Shown one piece after another: positions 52,297 to 61,200 of a stretch of DNA of 64,000 nucleotides; position 1 is the first letter of the stretch; each line of letters opens with the position of its first letter. The notes beneath the pieces were generated by a model. The model made no database searches. It was not told the origin of the DNA and was given only the letters and a program-made list of their open reading frames with translations. A program made the position numbers and the translations under genes. The stretch lies in assembly GCA_964647855.1 (NCBI GenBank), contig CAZYJW010000002.1:244399-308398 (forward strand), in the 5' to 3' direction. Source of the stretch: Candidatus Micrarchaeota archaeon. Lineage in GTDB: Archaea > Micrarchaeota > Micrarchaeia > Anstonellales > Bilamarchaeaceae.

Positions 52297-55200
52297 ATGA
52301 CACAGCAGCAAAGAAGGCAGGCGGCGCCGCCCCAGGCGGAGCAGCCGATAGCGGAACGTGTCATCCACGACATGTCGAGGACGCCCGCCATGATGGCGGG
52401 CCGAGAGACCGCGGCAAGGGCGTTCCTGCAGGAGCAGCAGGCCGCGCTCGAGGCCCGAAGGGCGAGCGAGCGCCTTGCGGCCACGCTCGGCATCACCCCG
52501 ACGCGCACCGCCGAGGCCGCCCGTGCCGACTTCGACCAGGCAGCGGGAGCCATGCGCGCGAGGCTGGCCGCGCTGCGCGAGCACAACGTCGGCGTGGAAA
52601 GCCTGGACAGGAGGAACCAGCAGATCGTCCAGATTCTCGAAAGGCAGCTCGGCAGGATTGAGGAGAGGGCGCGCAGCGGGGACACAGAGGGCGCCGGACA
52701 GGCGATGAGGGCCTTCTCTACGGTCATGAACGGCGTTGCGAGGACCGCCAGCATCGTCGCTAACATGGTGCGCGAGGGCGCACCGCCCCAGCTCGCCGAG
52801 CGCGTGGACCAGGCGTCCGCGTTCGATGTCGGCGGCGCGTCGCTCCGCGCGAGGGCGCTGCGCAGGGTCGGCGAGGTTTTCACGGCCCGCGCCGCAGTGT
52901 TCCGCGCGCGCGAGGGCGAGGGCGTGACGCGAGACCTTGCGCAGGAGGCGCTGCGGCTCACTTCGGTCGAAAGCAACCAGACCGACCTGACAAGGGAGCA
53001 GTACGACGCTTCGATGAGGACGCTCGAGACAATCAGCACGACCGCCACCTCCATCGGCAACGAGCTCAACCGGCTCTATCAGAGCACGCTCACATATTAT
53101 CTCCAGACGCTCGCGGAGGTCCTCACCCGCGACGTATCGGACCAGGTGAAGCAGAGGATTCGCAGGCTCATACAGGACGTCACCGAGACGAGGGACCGCT
53201 ACGGCAGGGAGGGGGAGACGCCCCCGACCGAGGCGGAGCTGGGCTCCATCGCATCGAGGATACGCACCGCGCAGGAGGCTGCCGATGCGCTAAGCGACAA
53301 GACAACGCTGACAGCCGAGGCGCGCAGGCACCTTGAGACGGTCTACGTCGGGGCGCTGGACGCCCTCGCAGCCGGAAGGACGCAGGCGGGCGAAACGCTT
53401 TCCGCCGCTGCAGACGAAATCAGGCGCCTCGGGCGCGCGGCAGGATTCGGCAGGCTCGGGCGCGACGCCAGGCGGGCTGTGAGCGAGTATCTCTCGTCGC
53501 TCGCCCGCGCAGCGGGCGCGATAGCCTCTGCGGAAACGCCGGAGGCCCGCGCCGAGGCCGAAGGGACCATGCGCGCGACCATCGCGAGGCGACTCGCGGG
53601 CGAATTGCAGGGGGCCGCAAGGACGCTCGGGGGGGAGAGCGAGAGGCTGCTGAACGGAATCATCGGCCAGCTCGGCGAGCATCCGGAAAGGGCGACCATG
53701 GACAATCTCAGGGCCCTTGCTGGCGCGCTTTCCGCATGCCAGAAGATGCTCGGCTTCGCGAACGTGAGGATGCCTGAGGAGCAGCGCCAGGCTCTCACGG
53801 GAATCTTCAACCGAGGCCTGCAGGCGATTGCGGGCGGCGACCTCCGCTCGGCGGGCATGCAGTTCAGGCTGATGGACCTTTATGCCTCGAGGGACGCGAC
53901 GGCAACGCAGCGCAGCGAGCTGAACCAGCTGTCCCAGATGCTCGCCACGCAGGGCGCAGCGGCGCTCGACGTCATAGACAGGTACATGAGGGTGAACGAC
54001 CGCATAACGAACCTGCGGACGCAGGCTGCAAGGGGCAGCCTCGGGCGCAGCGAGCGCGCCGAGTTCGACCGCCTGATAAGCGAAATGGAGAGGATGAGGG
54101 CGAACCTCGCGGCGAGCGGCAGCATGGTATCCGACGAGGAGGCCGCCGCACACGTGACTGCCCTTCGCGCGAGGATGCGCGAGAACCGGGAGTTCAGGGA
54201 CACGATAGCGAACCTCGTGCGGGTCAACCGCAGGGAGGGCGAGACCGAGGAGCAGGCCGAGGCGAGAATCCTCGACTATGTCGCCCGCGGGGAGCTCGAG
54301 GAGGCCGCCCAGCGGAGATTCGATGAGATGGGCAGGCTCGCCGACTCGTTCCTCAGCTCGCTGGGGGCGCGGCAGGGCAGGGAAAGGACGAACGTGGTCA
54401 CGATTTTCAGGAACGCCATAAGCGCCCTTCTTGGCGGGAACATGGAGGACGCCCGGAGATTCAGGAGCGCCGGCGAGGCGTACGCCAGCCTCCGGGACCC
54501 GAGGGACAGGCGCACGCTCATGGACATACTCGCCGGAACGGAGGGCAGGCCCGCCCCGCGGGCAGGCCAGAGCGTGTTCACAGAGCGCGAGCTGAGGATG
54601 CTGGATGTTCTCGGCCAGTGGTCCAGGTTCGACGAAACGGTGAGAGGGACCGGGGAATCGAGGAACGCCAGGGCATATTTCGACCTTGCGATGTGGGTCG
54701 CGAGGCAGGGCACGCGCGAGGAGTTCCAGCTTGTCATGGACATGGCATCCGCATACGGCGCGATAGCGTCCGTGGACCCGCGCACGCTGCCGTCCGAGAT
54801 GCGCGAGCAGCGGTCCGCCGAGATGAGGAGGATACAGGGCGCACTCGGCGACTTCTCGCGGGAGGCCCGGCGCCTTTCCGACATAGGTGCGGACAGGGCG
54901 CGTGGAGGATGGAGGCCGCGCGAGGGCCAGCTGACGCCGCTTGCGGGGGCGATAGTGCTCGAAGGCTCGTTCACGCGAAGGCTCGGCGAGGGAGACGCTT
55001 CGCTCGCCCCAGGGCTCTCCGGGGATGCGCTCGCGGAGGCGCAGACCGAGGCGGGCGCAAGAAGGCTCGTCGAGCTCCAGGGCCAGGCCGACGCCGCGGG
55101 AAGGCTCGCCCAGAGCCTCGGCTTCGAGGTCAGGTGCCGGCAGGCCGAGGGCCCGGCATCGGCGGAGCGCGCCACCGAGCGCAGGTACCAGCGCGTCGCA

Positions 55201-58200
55201 GCCGACCTCCGGGAAAGTTCGGAAGAGGCGAGGGCCGCGGGCGATTTGCAGGTCGCGGACTTCTACTCACAGGAGGCCGCGCGCGTGGACCGAGGATTCG
55301 TGCGCACGTCTGTCGGGGCTGCGCGCAGCGCCTTCGCGCGCGGGCAGGACGCCCTCGAAGAGGCGAGGGGGCTCGTCCGCGAGGCGGATGATGCGGCGAC
55401 GAAGAGCGCCGACCAGATGCGCACGCGCATCGGGGAGCTTAGGGCGGCGCTTCCGCCTGCGCGGCAGGCCGAGGTCGACCAGATGCTCCGGCAGGCCGGA
55501 ACCGACGAGGCCCAGGTAAGGGTCGTGTACACCGGGCTGCTCCGCCTGCGCGCGCAGGAGCGGAGCCGCGAGGGGACCACGCTGGTCGAGGACGCGGGCC
55601 TTATGCTCGACGGCATCAGCTCCTACGACCGGAGTGTCAGGTCTGTCACAACCATACATTCATACAGCGGAAGGCGCGAGCTGCAGATAGGCGTCCTGAC
55701 GCTCGCCGCGGTATCCGAAGGCTACGATGTGGACCTTCTCGGCCAGCCGGTCATGGTGAGGGAGGCGCCTGCGGCGGCCGGCGCGCAACCGCAGGAGGTC
55801 CGGGCGAGGGCGAGCGTGGAGAGGCTCGCCGCGCTCCGCGGGAACGGGCGCGGGCAGGTTGCGGTCGGCCTGCGCTCGGTCGAGGGGCAGGAACGCATCA
55901 TGCGGGCGAGGTGGAGCACGGTCACTAGGGCGCAGCGCGAGGTGCGCGACGCGAACGAAACGCGCATCCGCGGAATCATCGACAACATGCTCCAGGACGG
56001 CGGCCCGGGCAACCCCCCGCTCATTGCTGATGCCGGCGCCAGGGAGAGGTTCAGGGCGAGGCTCGCCGCGATAGGCGGGGTGACCGACCGCGAGCAGAGG
56101 GCGCGGCAGTACCAGCAGCTTTACCTGGAGGTCGGACGCGCGGCCGGCGTCCGGACCGAATCGCGGGGGGCTCCCGAATGGCTCACCGCGGGCGGACGCG
56201 GCGTTCGGGGCGAGACGCTCTACGACGCGGAGGCGCATTATCGGAGGTACCGGACGGCCGTGGGCCTCGCCTACCGCGAAAGGTTCGACGCCGCGAGCAC
56301 GCACATACGAAGCTCATCGATCGAGATACGCGAGTCGGGGGCGCTCGCGACGAACCGCGTGAACGAGCGCAGGCTCACCCTTGCACGAGACGAGGCGCGC
56401 GGGAACTCGTTCGGGCTGGCCCATCTTGCAGACCTGAGGCGCTGGGGGATGGTCAGCGAGGGCGTGGGCATCTGGGGCAACACCTACGACACAATGTTCG
56501 AGCATGTGATGAGGACCCCGGCCGTGGCGATGGAGCAGGTCGGGGCGATGATAGAGCACCTCCCGCCGGCCGAGAGGGAGAGCTACCGCGCCCGGCTCGA
56601 TAGCGCCCTGCGGAGGGGCGTCGAACGGCGGAGTTCCGCTGTCCTCGACATATGGATGGAGCTCGCCTCGAGGCATGTCAATCCGCCGCAGACCGAAGAG
56701 CCGGGAAGAATGGGCCGGAGGAGCACTACGCTGCTCGATGCCGTGGTGGGCCAGGACCTTTTCTACTACGACGCGGACGGCCTCGAGAGGAGGATTCTGC
56801 GCGCGAGGGGCATGCGGAGGGAGGGCAACTCCACCGGCGCGGAGAGCGAGATGGACGGCGCGCTCAGCGACATGGCGGTCCTTGAAACCGCCGAGCGCAG
56901 GGGCATCGAGCGGACGAGGGACGAGCGCACGTTCTGGGCCCGCTACCATGAGAGGCACCCGAGCAGAAGGCGGGGCTTTGGAGAAGCCGGGCGGACCGCC
57001 CGCGAGAGGCTCACGCGCGAGATTCCCCGGAGGCCCGATGGCGAGGAGGTGGATGAGCGCACGAGGGGCGCCATAGAGGACAACAACGCCGCAAGGGAGC
57101 CGGAGATACGGGGGATTGAGGCGAGCGCGGACCGCTCTATCGGCTACATGAGGTCTTCGGTCCGGGCGAGCAGCGCCGCGATAGACGAGCTGCTCATGCA
57201 CAGGGAGCCGGTGGACATCGCATCCCCGGAAATCGCGCAGGAGCTTTATTTCGCGCTTCCGGAGGAGGCGCAGCGCAGATACCGCCAGTACATCGACCGC
57301 CTCCCGTCCAACGGCGAGAGCACGGAAACCGCGGAGGCGCGCAGGGCCGCGCTCGAGTTCTACAACGCGCTGCGCGGGAACAGCGCTGACTTCGGGGCCG
57401 CCGTAGGCCGCATGAGGCGCGAGTCCGGGCCGGGCGGGACGTTCTCGAACATGGTCGGCGTGCTAGCCCAGCTCGAGGCCGACCAGGCCACGCTGCAGTA
57501 CCGCACATGGGACTACAACGAGGCATACGCGAGGCAGACTGCGGAATTCCTGGTCCAGTATGCGGGCACCGAGCTCGACCGCATGGAGAACGCGGAAAAC
57601 CGCAGATACCTGACAAGCAGCCAGGAGCACCATGATTTTGCGCGCACCAACAGGTATGGATGGGCGCCTCATGGCGGCGAGTACCGCGCATCCTACCAGC
57701 ACAGGGAGAGGGCGACGCGCGCCCTCGAGTTCGCATCCGCGCTGCTGGAGGAGGGCAACGCGCGCAGGGCGGCTGACATAATCCAGAACAACGAGGTGCT
57801 CACCGCGAGGGGGATGTACCGCGAAACACGCACGCCCCGTGAATGGCATGACGATCACGGCCTGCGGCTTGGGCTCGCGCACAGGCAGGGCAACGAGTAC
57901 GGGTTCCGCGCCACGGACCAGCTTTGCGGCCTTATTTACAGGGGGAGGATGGAGGTCCTCTCGTACTACGACGAGGACGCGATGGCCGCTGCAAGGCCGC
58001 GCATGCAGCAGATGGCCGAGATGGAGATAGAGCACACGCTGCGGAGCCTCGGCATCCAGCGCACGGTCGGGGCCGATGACGAAATTTATTACGAACGCTG
58101 GCAGCCGCCCTCCGAGGAGGCGGCGCAGGCATTCGCGGATTCGGGCAGGCGTCTGATGAACCAGCTCGGCGAGCACGACTCGTTCATACTCGGCCAGTCG

Positions 58201-61200
58201 GACGCGTCGCTGCTGCTCGGCTCCTGGATAGGCTCTGAGGAGATAAGGTACAACGAGGCGACATTCGCGATAGCCGACCGCTCCTGGAGGGCCGCAATGA
58301 GGGCCTCGCGCGGCGAAGTCGACGGAAGCAGGACGCTGCTTGCGAGGGTGGACGAGCTGACGCCGGAGCTTTCCACCGCGCGTGGCCAGGTGCAGGACTG
58401 GGCCAGCTACCAGAGGGCGGCGGGTCTTGGCATCGACATCGTTGCGATTGCCGGCACGGCGATATTCGCGCCGGAGTTCCTGCCCGCGACATTCATGATG
58501 ATGGGCGCCCGCGGCGTGGGCGAGGGTCTCGAGATGCGCAGGCAGGCCGGCGAGTGGACCGGAGAGGCCATATTCGCGACTTCGATGGGCGCGGCGGGCA
58601 TGGTGCTCGTGCCGCTTTCCGAGGCGGCATCTCTGATGAGGGCCGCCCAGATAACCCGCGGCCTCGCCAGGGGCGCGCAGTGGGCCGAGAGGGCGGTGGC
58701 CGCAGAGGAGGCCATGGCCGTCGGGTTCCGCGGCTCGAGGCTCACATCCCTCATGAGTGCTGGGCAGGCCGAGCGCACCGCGCTCATGGAGGCCGCGCAG
58801 GCGCTCGGGGAGGGACGGACAGTGCTTACTACCGGCGGGCAGATGCTTCGCGCGGGCACGCCCGAGGCCGCCGCATTCCTCGGGCAGGACGCCGGATTCC
58901 TCGTGAGGGCGGGCCAGTACGTTCGCGGAGGCGCGGAGCTGACAGCGTTCCAGAGGGCCGTCCACATAGCGGGCCTTGGAATGATGGGTGCCGGCGGAGG
59001 GCAGTTCCTATACCACCTGCCCCAGCAACTTGACGCGCTCGGAAGCGGGCAGACCACGCTGCTGGAAGTCGGGCTCGGCGCATGGCTCTCGGTCGGCCAG
59101 GCGGTCGGCCAGGGAGCGTATGCCATCCGCGCCGCAGGCTCGGCAGGCCCCACGAGCGGATACATACCGAGGCCGATGCAGTACCTGGCGGCGGCCGCAT
59201 TCGGCATACCTCTCACCCCGAGGCCTGCGCACGTCATGGCGAGGGACAGCGCGCTTGCGGCGCGCGAGCTCGCGCGCATGCCCGCGCAGGAGCGCACGTC
59301 CTACGAGGCTTACAGGGACAGGAACCGCATCACGCTCGACCCGTCCGAGGAGAGGGCGATTGTTCGCGACTACAACGAGGCGAGGACGCGCGCGGAATCA
59401 AGGGGCGAGACGCTCACGTTCGATTCGTACATGCAGAGGCCGACCGCCGAGGGCGCAAGGAGGCTTTCTGCGGCGGCCTTGGAATCCGGGTACCAGTTGT
59501 ACAGGGCGGGGCAGATGCCCGCGTCGGACCTCACGCCCGCCCTGCGCGCATATTCCGAATCTCGGGCCGGGGGAGCGGAGCCGCTCGATGCGGCGGCCGC
59601 GGCGCTAAGGGCGCCGGCGCAGCCCCAGCCGGCGGAGGCTCCGGCAGGGCCCTCGCGCGCGGCGAGCATGGCGGCGCGCAGGGAGCGCGCTGGCGCGGCT
59701 GCCCGCCTCGAGACGGAGCGCAGGCAGTATGGGCAGGACATCGCGCCCCACATAGACAGGGTCGCAACTGATTCCGGCGCAACGATACCCCCCGCGCTTC
59801 GCGCTTCCGCGGCCGACCTCGCGTTCCATGCGGAAAGGCTCGCAACCGCGCCACCCGGGCAGAGGGCCGAGGTGCGCGCATCGATACCCGAGAGGCTGCG
59901 CACCTCCGCGGAGGTGCTCTCGCGGGAGCCCGAGTTCAGGGACGCGATTATCGGGCGGGACGGCGCGCGGCTTGAAACCCCGGACCGTTCGGCTCAGATG
60001 AGGGCCGCCCTGGAGGAGGCCGCGACGATGCCGGCCCATTCCGGAATGCCGGAGACGTCGCGGATGAGGCTCGCGCTGAACACGGAACGCATCATAGGCA
60101 TGAGGGACCTCACGGCCGAGGACCTCTCGGGCCATGCGGAGAGATACGAAAGGCGGGCGGGAAGCCTGCGCGAGGAGGGCAGGACCGCAGAGGCCGACGC
60201 ATGGGCCCGTAGCGCGGGCAGGCTCAGGGCGGAGGCCGCCCGGCGCGCGCCTGCGGCTCCGGGCGAGGAGGCCCGCGCAGCTCCGGCTCCTAGGCCGCGC
60301 GCGGCTCCCGCCGAAGAACATGTTCCCGCCGCGCCGCGCGCAAGGCCGCCGGAGACTGCGGCCGCAAGGAGCAGGAGGGATGCGGTCGCCGATGCTCCGG
60401 CCCAGGACCAGTTCAGCCCGGACGCCGTCGCAAGAAGGATTTTCGAGCGCTCGCGCCAGGAGGGAAGGGAAGCGTGGACAACCGGCGGCCCGCTGCTCGA
60501 AACCGGCACCATACTCCGCAGCGTGGAGGATTACGTCCTGCGCCTCGCCCGGGCCGGGGAGGAGCGCGACGTGGTGGTTCTCACCGGGGACAAGACGCTG
60601 CTGAATGCAATCAACGAGTTCCTCGGAAGGGAATGGGGCGACATCGGCCTCGACGCATACCAGGCGATTCTCCAGCGCGCCATCAGCAGGGTCATAAGGT
60701 CCGGCGGGGGCACAAGGCCCGGCGAGGACGTCGCGCTTGTCAGGCCCTCGGCACGGAGCGACGAGACGGTTTCCGTGCTCGTGCTCCGCCGCGGCAGGGG
60801 CGAGCAGGTCCGCGCGAACCTGCAGAGGGAGATAGAGGCCGCGACAAGGTGGGTTATGGAATCGCCTGAGTCGCCATTCCGCGCCCAGTTCGCGAGAATC
60901 CGCGGGCTGGTAAGGGACCCGGCCGGCCTAGCGGCCGCGAGCACCGAGCGCAGCAGGGTCATCAGGATACGCAGGGACGAAAGGGGGCGCGTAACCGCCA
61001 CATATGCGGGCGGGGAGAACGCGTTCATACGGAGGCCGGAAGGGAGGACCGAGTTCCTCACGGCCGCGGTGACGAGGACCGACGACCCGCATTTTGCGGG
61101 AGGGCTGCGCAGGGAGGTGCACCTGAGGGAGGACCCGAACGTCAGGCCCGCGCTCGAGCCCTATGAGCAGGGCCGCGTCCAGGACGCATGGCAGCGCAGG